Notes under the pieces: model-generated
The model's database searches: none
What the model saw: only the letters and a program-made list of their open reading frames with translations
What the model was told of the DNA's origin: nothing
In this document: positions 24,695-35,647 of the stretch, piece after piece
How the letters are laid out: the number at the start of each line of letters is the position of its first letter
Position numbering within the stretch: position 1 is the first letter of the stretch
Source: Mustelus asterias
Taxonomy: Eukaryota
Assembly: GCF_964213995.1 (NCBI RefSeq)
Contig: NC_135810.1
Span: forward strand, 105,338,001-105,402,000
Reading direction: 5' to 3'
DNA length: 64,000 bases
Position numbers and translations under genes: made by a program

Positions 24695-25750
24695 AGAACA
24701 GGATATGGCGCTCGACTCATCGATCAACAGATCCGACGCGCCACAGCGAAAAACCGCACCGACCTCCTCAGAAGACAAACATGGGACATGACCAACAGAG
24801 TACTCTTCATCGTCCAGTACTTCCCTGGAGTGTAGAAGCTACGACATCTTCTTCGGAGTCTTCAACACGTCATCGATGAAGACGAACATCTCGCCAAGGC
24901 CATCCCCACACCCCCACTACTTGCCTTCAAACAACCGCACAACCTCAAACAGACCATTGTTCGCAGCAAACTACCCAGCCTTCAGGAGAACAGTGACCAT
25001 GACACCACACAACCCTGCCACAGCAACCTCTGCAAGACGTGCCGGATCATCAATACGAATGCCATCATCACACGTGAGAACACCATCCACCAGGTACACG
25101 TTACCTACTCATGCAAGTCGGCCTGATACGCTGCAGGAAAGGGTGTCCTGAGCATGGTACATCAGCGGGACCATGCAGACGCTACGACAACAGATGAATG
25201 GACACCACTCGACAGTCACCAGGCAGGAGTGTTCTCTTCCTGTCGGGGAACACTTCAACAGTCAAGGGCATTCAGCCTCTGATCTTCGGGTAAGCGTTCT
25301 CCGAGGTGGCCTTCAAGACACACGACAACGCAGAATCGCCGAGCAGAAACTGATAGCCAAGTTCCGCACACATGAGGACGGCCTCAACCGGGATCTTGGG
25401 TTCATGTCACACAGCATGTAACCCCCACCATTTGGCCTGGGCTTGCAAAATCTTACTAATTGTCCTGGCTTGAGACAATTCACACCTCTTTAACCTGTGC
25501 TTAACTCTCTCTCCACTCGCACTGTCTGTACCTGTAAAGACTTGATTACCTGTAAAGACTCGCATTCCAACCATTAGCTTGCAATTGAGTCTGTTTCTAT
25601 ATATGCCGTTTGTGAACCCAACTCTCCACTCATCTGATGAAGGAGCAGCGCTCCGAAAGCTCGTGATACCAAATAAAGTTGGACTTTAACTTGGTGTTGT
25701 GAGACTTCTTACTGTGCCCACCCCAGTCCAACGCCGGCATTCCGACATCA
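24695..25750 (+). mobile_element. 5'-truncated Penelope-like retroelement (GIY-YIG endonuclease end plus 3' pseudo-LTR)
   Basis: Degenerate ORF with a CxxxxCxxC knuckle and QTLRQQMNGH...PVGEHF...RRIAEQKLIAKF...GLN, typical of the PLE GIY-YIG domain. The 3' end ggactttaac.tggtgttgtgagact...ccagtccaacgccggcat carries a hammerhead motif. Confidence 0.88.
25630..25666 (+). ncRNA. Minimal type I hammerhead ribozyme motif in the Penelope pseudo-LTR
   Basis: tcat-CTGATGA-a-GGAGC-a-GC-GCTCC-GAAA-gc-TC-gtga: both core boxes, helix II GGAGC/GCTCC, palindromic mini helix III (AGCT), UC cleavage site, helix I ucau/guga. Confidence 0.75.
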
Positions 25751-26382
25751 GGTTGTTAGAAGTATGGTGTCTTCTCCCATTTCTATTCCCAAGTTTTGTA
25801 GATAATGTACACAGCCTTCAATATGGCTGGGCCTCCCCTCTTTCTGGGCATGTGTTGCTGCCTTTAGGGAGGGTGTCCTAGAGTGCCAAATCAAGCAACG
25901 TTCCTTGTATCCACCTTATACAATAGCTTGTCAATTTCATCCATCCATGATGGTGAATCTGTGCCTTCTACCGTTTGCCCAAAGACTCCATTTAGTATCT
26001 TCCCTTGACTTTTATCTTCCAGTTTCTTACCCTGCACATAGCCTTCAAGGCCAAAATAATTTTTGTCCCCATACATAGCCATTTACCTATAAGTGGCTGC
26101 ATCCTTGTCAATATTTTCAGCAGCCCTTTAAGAGTTTTTCCAGATATCCCCCAGTCTATCAAATATGCTTTCTGCTCTTAGGTTAATATCCACAGTAGGG
26201 AATATTACAAACAGGATATTGAGTTTGACACTGGAGTCTTCTTGTACTGTGACAGAACTGCACAACTGCCCACTATATAAATGAAACTGTGCTCAACGGG
26301 AATCAGAGAACATCAAAATACCATCTCAAATGCAATGTACAGACAACGTGCTTTAAATTCAATTTATCCAGTTCATCTTTAC

Positions 26383-26486
26383 CATGGCTATGAAGGGTCC
26401 AAAGGAAACAGCAAACACAGAGCAGACTATAAATCCCAAGGCAAAAAGACGGGAACAACTGAAACTCCTCCATTGGATAGATCCAT
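26383..26486 (-). CDS. ALG8: ALG8 exon 7 (104 nt)
   Basis: (D)GSIQWRSFSCSRLFALGFIVCSVFAVSFGPFIAM; AG/GT boundaries. Confidence 0.94.
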
Positions 26487-27068
26487 CTTAAAAATAAACA
26501 CAAGGAACAATAATGACAAATTATAATTTGAGGATATCACAAAAGAAAATGTTTCATTAATTAAAAGCAAGAAACAATATCATAACATTTCAGGGCTATG
26601 GGCCAAGTGCTGGCAGATGGGACTAGATGGGAGTTCAGGTGTTTCTAATGTGACAGTGTGGATTTGATGGGCCTCTTTTGCGCTGTATGATTCTATGATA
26701 ATACATGTGACAATAATAAATCAAATCAAAGCCAGGCAATGACAAAACAAAATGACATGAGGCATTTTAAATACAAAAACTTCAGTCACCATCCACACCC
26801 CTTTAAAAAAATCAGGTGGTTCCAAACAGTGTGATGGAATTCCTCATCGTGGTCTATCCATCTTACTTGCTTTTTTTAAACAAATATTTTCATATAAACA
26901 CAGAGTGGAGTATTGGGGTGCCAGTTTGAATAGGTTACTGTGACTGAATATCAGACAGCTAAATTAATAATCGAAAAAGCTTAATGATTAATCTTTCACA
27001 GAGGAGAAATTTTTTTTTTAAGAGATTAAGAGAACAAGTTTGCACATTCACTTTTTCTTACTGAAAAT

Positions 27069-27755
27069 TATCAGTATCTGGCTACGTCCTAAGCAAAGCT
27101 GAGGGAGAGAGGGGGGAGGGAGGGAGGGATTTTACTGCACTGGTCAGCATGTAAAAGTGGTTCTTATGGTAAACTTACTTTACAAAAATGAGAAAACAAA
27201 AACAAATCAGAATGCTGAAATGTTAAGGGCCAGGAAAAATTACGGTAATAAAACCATTCTTGGAAGTCTTGAAGGTTCACTAATAATGGTATTATTGGCG
27301 AATACATTCACAAAAAGAGGTAATAATTTCAAAATTACTAGGATGAAGGATACAGTAGAAAAAATATTCTGCACCCTCTCCTTTCCCTCTCCCCTATCTA
27401 TTCTATATATGGTATGCTTTGTATAGTGTGCAAGAAACAATACTTTTCACTGTATACCAATACATGTGACAATAATAAATCAAATCAAAATTTTCATACA
27501 GCAATTTACAAGGGTTGTCAATGCTTCACTGCAAGTGTTTATTGTAGTTGAGGTAACATGCAGAGTTAGTTAAATATTTGAAAAAATTATGAAATTGTGA
27601 TATCAGTATCTGGCTACGTCCTAAGCAAAGCTGAGGGAGAGAGGGGGGAGGGAGGGAGGGATTTTACTGCACTGGTCAGCATGTAAAAGTGGTTCTTATG
27701 GTAAACTTACTTTACAAAAATGAGAAAACAAAAACAAATCAGAATGCTGAAATGT
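27069..27755. repeat. Dispersed direct duplication, 2 x 155 bp (27069-27223 and 27601-27755)
   Basis: tatcagtatctggctacgtcc...gaatgctgaaatgt is identical in both copies by eye. Confidence 0.92.
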
Positions 27756-28520
27756 AAAATACAATAAAGCCGAGCTTGTACAAAGAAGCACAATGGCTAA
27801 AAATTAACTTAGGAATACAAATTCAGCAGGAATTAAAGATTTAGACATTTGAATATTCATCATGGATGATTGAGTATCCATGATATTGTAAATCTCTTAT
27901 AATAATTATGATTAATTGCTCTCTGTAGTTACCTAGCAAGTCACTCGGTTATATCATATCACTATAGTGCCTTTACAGGGCACCTAGTGGTTGGAGAAAC
28001 ATACAAACATACAAAATTTGACTCCTCAAGTTTGCTCTGCCATTCAATAAGATCATGGCTGATCCACTTCTGTTTCAAGTTCTGCATTCCCACCAATCCC
28101 AGATAACTTTTGATTCCCATGCCTAACAAGAAATCTATCTACCTCCACCTTAAAAATATTCAATGAACCTGCCTCCACCCTTCTGAGGCAGAGAGTTCCA
28201 AAGTCACAAAGCTCTCTGAGAATCTTTTTAAGGGGCAATTGGATATTGCAATAGAGGGATTTAGAGATCATTATGGATGAATGAATTGAAGAGGAGTCTT
28301 CCTCAACTGTAATTACCTTGTGATAATTTCACAAAAGGACACATCTGGTTTAATGTTCTTTTCAACTCCACATTCATTGCTGCTTTTATATTTTTCTCCC
28401 TTTTCTGCTCAGCTTGGTACCAATCTTGTAATTGTTCCTTGCTTTTCACTTCACAATTGAAAGCCTACTCAAGGACTAAACAAAGCTCTATTATCTCAAA
28501 TTGTTTAAAAAGTTCAATAC

Positions 28521-28647
28521 CTTGTTTGTTTTCAGTGAAGCAGTATGAACGTAGTAGGTAAATACCATAGGCAGGAGCCACGTAAAGAAAAATGTGCTTA
28601 AAGTTCATCAGGATTGCAAATAGTAATGCACTTTCCAAATGTCTCTC
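28521..28647 (-). CDS. ALG8: ALG8 exon 6 (127 nt)
   Basis: [42 protein letters not shown]; ttgcag| and |gtattg. Confidence 0.96.
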
Positions 28648-28816
28648 CTGCAATAAAAGCAAACATTTCAGGTATTGCATTGTTGAGTCCTTTGTGTTAC
28701 TTTCTAACATTAATGAGTGCTAAGTCCGTTCACATTCCTGTAATTAATGTTTATCATGAGCAAACACGGAGGAGAAGAGCATTCAATTATTTATTAGATT
28801 GAATTTCTCAAATTAC

Positions 28817-28884
28817 CTGAAACATCCTTGCAACGGAAAGAAGCATCAAACCAAATAAGAAGCCATTGTATTGAAAGTGAATAT
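28817..28884 (-). CDS. ALG8: ALG8 exon 5 (68 nt)
   Basis: IHFQYNGFLFGLMLLSVARMFQ; acceptor preceded by TTCCTTAAC. Confidence 0.96.
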
Positions 28885-29802
28885 CTGGGTTTGAGTTAAG
28901 GAATAATAGTTTGTGTAGGTATGTTTGTGTGAGAGAGTTGGGAGAGAGAGAAAAACATGCAGACAGAGAAGCTTTCTTAAAATAAAGTAAAGTCAATGCT
29001 TCTTTTGCAGTTCTCCCCACGTCATGCACCATCCAAATCTGAGAAAGGAAATCTGCTTTCTGTCCTCTATCAATGTCATTCAAGGTGAATTTCGCTCTGG
29101 GCTTTGATCCTGTGGAAATTACATTTCCAAAGTGCTTTCTGAGCAGTAAGTCAGTAGTATGTGGGATTCTGGGCAAGTTGCAATGTCCTAACACTCTATG
29201 GCACTGCTATTAGTCAAGATACCACTAAAAATATTCACAACTAGGTTAGCAAGTTGTACACCTTTGTTAAGAACAAAGAACAATACAGCACAGGAACAGG
29301 CCCTTCGGCCCTCCAAGCCCGCGCCGCTCCCCGGTCCAGGATTGAATCCTGAATCCAGGATCCCCGCCCAATTTTCCAGCCTATCTACATACCAATATCC
29401 TATCCACCGAGCTGTCCCTCACAGCTACGATGCTTTGTTCATTACAACCTATTAACTCACCCCCACCCCCCCATTCCAGACCATGTGATCTCCAGGGAGA
29501 GGCGAAAACCCAGAGTGAAAAACCCCAGGGCCAATATGGGGAAAAAAAAATCTGGGAAATTCCTCTCCGAACCCCTGAGGCGATCGAAACGAGTCCAGGA
29601 GATCACAATGGCCCTGATCAGAAAATGCTTCCCAACCCTAGTCATTTCCACTTCCACGAACACCATATGAATTCCCTGCCCCGAGACAGGTTCCCAACTA
29701 TCCGCAGTCTCGCTCTGTACTGGCACCAGCAAGATGATCATAGAATGAAGCCTTGAAACGAGAAACAAAGAACAATTAGCCCGCGCCGCTCCCTGGTCCA
29801 AA

Positions 29803-32682
29803 CTAGACCACTCTTTTGTATCCCTCCATTCCCACTCCGTTCATATAGCTGTCTAGATAAGTCTTAAATGTTCCCAGTGTGTCCGCCTCCACCACCTTGC
29901 CCGGCAACACATTCCAGGCCCCCACGACCCTCTGTGTGAAATATGTCCTTCTGATATCTGTGTTAAACCTCCCCCCCTTCACCTTGAACCTATGACCCCT
30001 CGTGAACGTCACCACCGACCCGGGGAAAAGCTTCCCACCGTTCACCCTATCTATGCCTTTCATAATTTTATACACCTCTATTAAGTCTCCCCTCATCCTC
30101 CGTCTTTCCAAGAAGAACAACCCCAGTTTCCCCAATCTCTCCTCATAACCAAGCCCCTCCATACCAGGCAACATCCTGGTAAACCTCCTCTGTACTCTCT
30201 CCAAAGCCTCCACGTCCTTCTGGTAGTGTGGCGACCAGAACTGGACGCAGTATTCCAAATGCGGCCGAACCAACGTTCTATACATCTGCAACATCAGACC
30301 CCAACTTTTATACTCTATGCCCCGTCCTATAAAGGCAAGCATGCCATATGCCTTCTTCACCACCTTTTCCACCTGTGACGTCACCTTCAAAGATCTGTGG
30401 ACTTGCACACCCAGGTCCCTCTGCGTCTCTACACCCTTTATGGTTCTTCCATTTATCGTGTAGCTCCTCCCTACATTATTCCCACCAAAATGCATCACTT
30501 CGCATTTATCAGGATTGAACTCCATCTGCCATTTCCTTGCCCAAATTTCCAGCCTATCTATATCCTTCTGTAGCCTCTGACAATGTTCCTCACTATCTGC
30601 AAGTCCTGCCAGTTTTGTGTCGTCCGCAAACTTACTGATCACCCCAGTTACTCCTTCTTCCAGATCATTTATATAAATCACAAACAGCAGAGGTCCCAAT
30701 ACAGAGCCCTGCGGTACACCACTAGTCACAGGCCTCCAGCCGGAAAAAGACCCTTCCACTACCACCCTCTGTCTTCTATGACCAAGCCAGTTCTCCACCC
30801 ATCTAGCCACCTCCCCCTTTATCCCATGGGATCCAACCTTTTTCACTAGCCTACCATGAGGGACTTTGTCAAACGCTTTACTAAAGTCCATATAGACAAC
30901 ATCCACGGCCCTTCCTTCGTCAACCATTTTGGTCACTTCTTCAAAAAACACCACCAGGTTAGTGAGGCATGACCTCCCTCTCACAAAACCATGTTGACTA
31001 TCGTTAATGAGTTTATTCCTTTCTAAATGCGCATACATCCTATCTTTAAGAATCTTCTCCAACAACTTCCCCATCACGGACGTCAAGCTCACCGGCCTAT
31101 AATTACCCGGGTTATCCTTCCTACCCTTCTTAAATAACGGGACCACATTGGCTATCCTCCAATCCTCTGGGACCTCACCTGTGTCCAGTGACGAGACAAA
31201 GATTTGCGTCAGAGGCCCAACGATTTCACCTCTCGTCTCCCTGAGCAGCCTTGGATAGATTCCATCAGGCCCTGGGGATTTGTCAGTCTTTATATTCTCT
31301 AACAAACCTAACACTTCCTCCTTTGTAATGGAGATTTTCTCCAACGGTTCAACACTCCCCTCCGAGACACTCCCAGTCAACACATCCCTCTCCTTTGTGA
31401 ATACCGACGCAAAGTATTCATTTAGGATCTCCCCTACCTCTTTGGGCTCCAAGCATAAGTCCCCACTTTTGTCCCTGAGAGGTCCGATTTTTTCCCTAAC
31501 AACCCTTTTGTTCCTAACGTATGAATAAAATGCCTTGGGATTCTCCTTAATCCTGTCTGCCAAGAACATTTCGTGACCCCTTTTTGCTCTTCTAATTCCC
31601 CGTTTGAGTATTTTCCTACTTTCATTGTACTCCTCCAGAGCTCCCTCTGTTTTTAGCTGATTGGACCTAACATACGCCTCTCTTTTCCTTTTGACCAGTC
31701 CCTCAATTTCCCTGGTTATCCACGGTTCTCTAATCCTACCCTTCCTATCCTTTTTTACAGGCACATGCTTGTCCTGTAGCCCTAACAACCGTTCCTTAAA
31801 AGACTGCCACATACCAGATGTGGATTTACCCTCAAACAGCCTCTCCCAATCAAGAGCTGCCAATTTCTGCCTGATCCCAATAAAGTTAGCCTTCCCCCAA
31901 TCCAACACCTTACCCTTGGGACACCACTCATCCTTTTCCATCACTATCCTAAAGCTAACAGAATTGTGGTCACTATTTGCCACATGTTCCCCAACCAAAA
32001 CTCTGAAGACCTGACCGGGCTCATTCCCCAGTACCAGGTCCAGTATAGCCCCCTCTCTAGTTGGGCTGTCCACATATTGTTCCAACGAACCCTCCTGTAC
32101 ACATTTTACAAATTCCTCCCCATCCAGAGTCCCTGCCCTCAGCGATTTCCAGTCTATACTAGGGAAATTGAAGTCTCCCACTACAACAACCCTATATTTC
32201 CTGCACCTATCCAGTATCTCCTGACATATCCATTCTTCCACTTCCCTTGGGCTGTTGGGGGGCCTGTAGTACACCCCCAACATAGTGACTGCGCCTTTCC
32301 TGTTTCTAAGCTCCACCCAGAGTGACTCGCTACACGACTCCTCCGAGTTGTCCTCCCTCTGCACCGCTGTAATATGCTCTCCAACCAATACCGCTACTCC
32401 CCCACCTCTTTTGGCCCCTCCTCTGTCTCGCCTAAAACACTTGTACCCTGGAATATTCAGCTGCCAGTCCTGTCCCTCTTTCAACCAAGTCTCTGTCACC
32501 GCAACCACATCCAAATTCCTCGTGCGCATTAAGGCCCCAAGTTCGTCTGTTTTACCTGCTACGCTCCTTGCATTGAAGTATAAGCACTCCAGACCCCCAG
32601 GCTCAGTGAGGTCGTCCTCCCCCAGAGTGCTCTCCTTCTTTGCCAGCCTTGTCCCAGCCCCAAGCTCGTCCCCAGCCACCAC
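29803..32682 (-). CDS. CR1 ORF2: APE endonuclease plus reverse transcriptase, 959 aa, no stops
   Basis: APE motifs YFNARS, VTETWL, GDFN, LDL, SDH; RT motifs YRPVSLTS, DFSKAFD, GVPQGSVLGP, FADD. Confidence 0.95.
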   Translation of the reverse strand: MVAGDELGAGTRLAKKESTLGEDDLTEPGGLECLYFNARSVAGKTDELGALMRTRNLDVVAVTETWLKEGQDWQLNIPGYKCFRRDRGGAKRGGGVAVLVGEHITAVQREDNSEESCSESLWVELRNRKGAVTMLGVYYRPPNSPREVEEWICQEILDRCRKYRVVVVGDFNFPSIDWKSLRAGTLDGEEFVKCVQEGSLEQYVDSPTREGAILDLVLGNEPGQVFRVLVGEHVANSDHNSVSFRIVMEKDEWCPKGKVLDWGKANFIGIRQKLAALDWERLFEGKSTSGMWQSFKERLLGLQDKHVPVKKDRKGRIREPWITREIEGLVKRKREAYVRSNQLKTEGALEEYNESRKILKRGIRRAKRGHEMFLADRIKENPKAFYSYVRNKRVVREKIGPLRDKSGDLCLEPKEVGEILNEYFASVFTKERDVLTGSVSEGSVEPLEKISITKEEVLGLLENIKTDKSPGPDGIYPRLLRETRGEIVGPLTQIFVSSLDTGEVPEDWRIANVVPLFKKGRKDNPGNYRPVSLTSVMGKLLEKILKDRMYAHLERNKLINDSQHGFVRGRSCLTNLVVFFEEVTKMVDEGRAVDVVYMDFSKAFDKVPHGRLVKKVGSHGIKGEVARWVENWLGHRRQRVVVEGSFSGWRPVTSGVPQGSVLGPLLFVIYINDLEEGVTGVISKFADDTKLAGLADSEEHCQRLQKDIDRLEIWARKWQMEFNPDKCEVMHFGGNNVGRSYTINGRTIKGVETQRDLGVQVHRSLKVTSQVEKVVKKAYGMLAFIGRGIEYKSWGLMLQMYRTLVRPHLEYCVQFWSPHYQKDVEALERVQRRFTRMLPGMEGLGYEERLGKLGLFFLERRRMRGDLIEVYKIMKGIDRVNGGKLFPGSVVTFTRGHRFKVKGGRFNTDIRRTYFTQRVVGAWNVLPGKVVEADTLGTFKTYLDSYMNGVGMEGYKRVV

Positions 32683-32723
32683 ACTTATAGACCTAATAGT
32701 TTGATCCCCACCCCCCTGCCATA

Positions 32724-33263
32724 CTAGTTTAAACCCCCCCGAACTGCATTAGTAAAGCTCCCAGCCAGGATATTTGTGCCCTTCCAACTTAGTTGTGACC
32801 CCTCCCTCTTGTACAGGTGCCATCCTCTCCTGAAAACCTCCCATTGGTCTATGAAAATAAAGCCCTCCCTCCTGGACCAGTCCTTTAGCCAGGCATTCAT
32901 TTGAACCAACTCCCTATTCTTAGCCTCACTGGCACGAGGCATTGGGAGCAGCCCAGAGATGGCCACCCTAGTGACCCTACTTTTTAACCTATTTCCCATC
33001 TCCCTGAATTGCTCTCTTAGGACCCCCCTACTCTTCCTATCTACGTCATTTCCACCAATGTGTATAATGACATCCGTTTCGTTATCTTCCCCTTTTAATA
33101 TGCCTCCTATCCGCTCGGAGACATCTGTGACCCCAGCACCAGGTAGGCAGACTACCATCCTGGAGTCCCATTCGCCCCCACAGAATCGCCTGTCTGTGCC
33201 TCTAACTGACGCATCCCCCACCACTATCGCTCTCCTAACCCCTCTCTTCCCTTTCCGGGCCAC
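32724..33263 (-). CDS. CR1 ORF1 C-terminal SGNH esterase-like domain (partial)
   Basis: AIVVGDAS, VCLPGA and IIHIGGND blocks typical of CR1 ORF1 esterase domains. Confidence 0.85.
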   Translation of the reverse strand: MARKGKRGVRRAIVVGDASVRGTDRRFCGGEWDSRMVVCLPGAGVTDVSERIGGILKGEDNETDVIIHIGGNDVDRKSRGVLREQFREMGNRLKSRVTRVAISGLLPMPRASEAKNRELVQMNAWLKDWSRREGFIFIDQWEVFRRGWHLYKREGSQLSWKGTNILAGSFTNAVRGGLN

Positions 33264-33649
33264 AGAGCCTGACTGTGTGCCAGTGACCTGGTCACTGTGT
33301 CTTACCCCTGGTATAAAGATATAAAGATATCAAAACTATCAGTTGAATAAAGTCCTCCATATAAAGTGCTGTTGAATAAACTAATTGTTATCATCACCTC
33401 CAATGGTGGTAATGATTTAAAGTCGTAAATTTCACCAAGAAATGTGCCCACAGCTTCTGCTATTATAAAATAGATTAAAGTTTATAAATCAATATAAGTT
33501 AAAGCACATCATAATCACCAGCTCAATCTAGCCAGGAACAACAATAGTGCTTTATCACGGTGAGGAAAATGAAGATAACTTAAGGCATTAGAATCTATGA
33601 ACTATTACCCAATAGTTTTTAAAAGATGTACTTTACAATGCAAGGATAC

Positions 33650-33759
33650 GATCAACAATCAGCAATCCAAAGTTCCAAAGTAACAGCACAGCAAGTATAA
33701 AGGCTGGTCTCTCAATTATTTCCTTTGATTCTTTTATTCTTTTCACACACTTGCAACAC
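33650..33759 (-). CDS. ALG8: ALG8 exon 4 (110 nt)
   Basis: [36 protein letters not shown](H); donor is C|GTATCCTTG (U12-type). Confidence 0.95.
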
Positions 33760-34032
33760 CTTTAAAATAGGACAAAAATAAATACTCTTCTGATTATTCA
33801 TTTTCCAGATTATTCTACCCTGAGAACTCGATAGCATAGTGATTTAACACACATCTTTCACTTTGGGAATCATGTGATTTTTAATTGCAGTTAATCACAG
33901 ACAGCAAAATTGATGGAGCAAATAGCAAGGAGGGATTTTCGTTTGCACATTTTGTAGTTGTATATGCTGCAGGAGCACTATAGTAGTATATTCTAAATGT
34001 GGTATTTCTAAAGAAGGTCACCAGCCACTGAA

Positions 34033-34801
34033 GTAAATGGTAGGACTCTGAAGGTAAATGGTAGGACTCTGAAGAGTGCAGTTGAACAGAGGGATCTGGG
34101 AATACAGGTACAGAATTCCCTAAAAGTGACGTCATAGGTGGATAGGGTCGTAAAGAGTGCCTTTGGTACACTGGCCTTTATAAATCGGAGTATCGAGTAT
34201 AAAAGTTGGAGTGTTATGGTAAGGTTATATAAGGCATTGGTGAGGCTGAATTTGGAGTATTGTGTACAGTTTTGGTCACCCAGTTACAGGAAGGATGTAA
34301 ATAAGGTTGAAAGAGTGCAGAGAAGGTTCACAAGGATGTTGCCGGGACTTGAGAAGCTGAGTTACAGAGAGAGATTGAATAGGTTGGGACTTTATTCCCT
34401 GGAGCATAGAAGATTGAGGGGAGATTTGATAGAGGTGTATAAGATTTTGATGGGTATAGATAGAGTGAATGCAAGCAGGCTTTTTCCGCTGAGGCTAGGG
34501 GAGAAAAAAACCAGAGGGCATGGGTTAAGGGTGAAAGGAGAAAAGTTTAAAGGGAATATTAGGGGGGGCTTCTTCACGCAGAGAGTGGTGGGAGTGTGGA
34601 ATGAGCTGCCGGATAAAGTGGTAAATGCGGGGTCACTTTTAACATTTAAGAAAAACTTGGACGGGTTCATGGATGAGAGGGGTGTGGAGGGATATGGTCC
34701 AAGTGCAGGTCAGTGGGACTAGGCATAAAATGGTTCGGCACAGACAAGAAGGGCCAAAAGGCCTGTTTCTGAGCTGTAATTTTCTATGGTTCTATGGTTC
34801 T
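34033..34801 (+). mobile_element. Young 5'-truncated CR1 (ORF 34138-34722)
   Basis: [18 protein letters not shown]...FFTQRVVGVWNELP; tail (ttctatgg)n. Confidence 0.92.
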
Positions 34802-35453
34802 AAGGCACTAAGGAAAGTTTCTGACTGTGAGAGCAAAAACAGTACAAAGAACTTAGACAGAGAATTTTGCTTTGGTTGCATATTAAATGATAATGACTTT
34901 TGATCATATAATTTTAAACAGGTCACTTGGAGTTAATTTAAAAATATCCATAAAATGCCTTAAAAATATTGAAAATATCAGAAACAAGGATAAAGTTTTA
35001 AAGTTTATTTATTAGTGTCACAAGTAGGCTTACATTAACACTGAAATGAAATTACTGTGAAAATCCCCTAGTCGCCACACTCCGGCACCTGTTCAGGTAC
35101 ACTGAGGGAAAACTTAGCACGGCCAATGCACCTAACCAGCACGTTTTTTGGGCTGTGGGAGGAAACTGGAGCACCCGGGGGCAACCCACGCAGACATGGG
35201 GAAATTGTGCAAACTCCGCACAGACAGTGACCGGTGATCCAAGCTGGGAATTGAACCCGGATCCCTGGCGCTGTGAGTCAGCAGTGCTAACTATTGTGCC
35301 AGCGTGTCGCCCCATAGATAGAAAGTCTGTTAGCAGGGACGAACAGATAGACTTGCTGTCAATGTAGCTTTTTAAAACAAACAGTATAAGTACACAACTA
35401 ATAAAGAATACGATCATTACTAAAATAAATATAAAGGTAATATTCAGACATAC

Positions 35454-35647
35454 TCCATTACTCCATAAATAAATACTACATCCACAAGGATGACTGAAAG
35501 TCGCTGAAATAGGACTGTTGCGTTACTGGCATAATTAAGGTTTTGGACAACCAGCATTTCTTTGTCGAAATATTGTGCAATGAAGGAAAGTAGATATTCA
35601 AACCACGCAAAAAATGGCGGATAGTCCAAAGTCCACTGTGAAGTTGC
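35454..35647 (-). CDS. ALG8: ALG8 exon 3 (194 nt)
   Basis: [32 protein letters not shown]...YGVME; AG/GT boundaries, phase consistent with neighbours. Confidence 0.96.

Larger units (their letters stand above)
29269..33312 (-). mobile_element. Near-full-length young CR1 LINE (5'-truncated within ORF1)
   Basis: ORF1 esterase remnant, intact ORF2, long 3' UTR ending in (ttctttg)n; lies in ALG8 intron 4 on the same strand as the gene. Confidence 0.95.
28885..33649 (-). other. U12-type (minor spliceosome) GT-AG intron, ALG8 intron 4
   Basis: 5' splice site GTATCCTTG (33649-33641); branch sequence TTCCTTAAC (28903-28895) about 10 nt upstream of the AG; no polypyrimidine tract. Confidence 0.9.

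Noticed and set aside
30583-33324. Plus-strand ORFs antisense to CR1 ORF1/ORF2
   Set aside because: Stop-poor antisense frames of a purine-rich LINE; no recognisable products.
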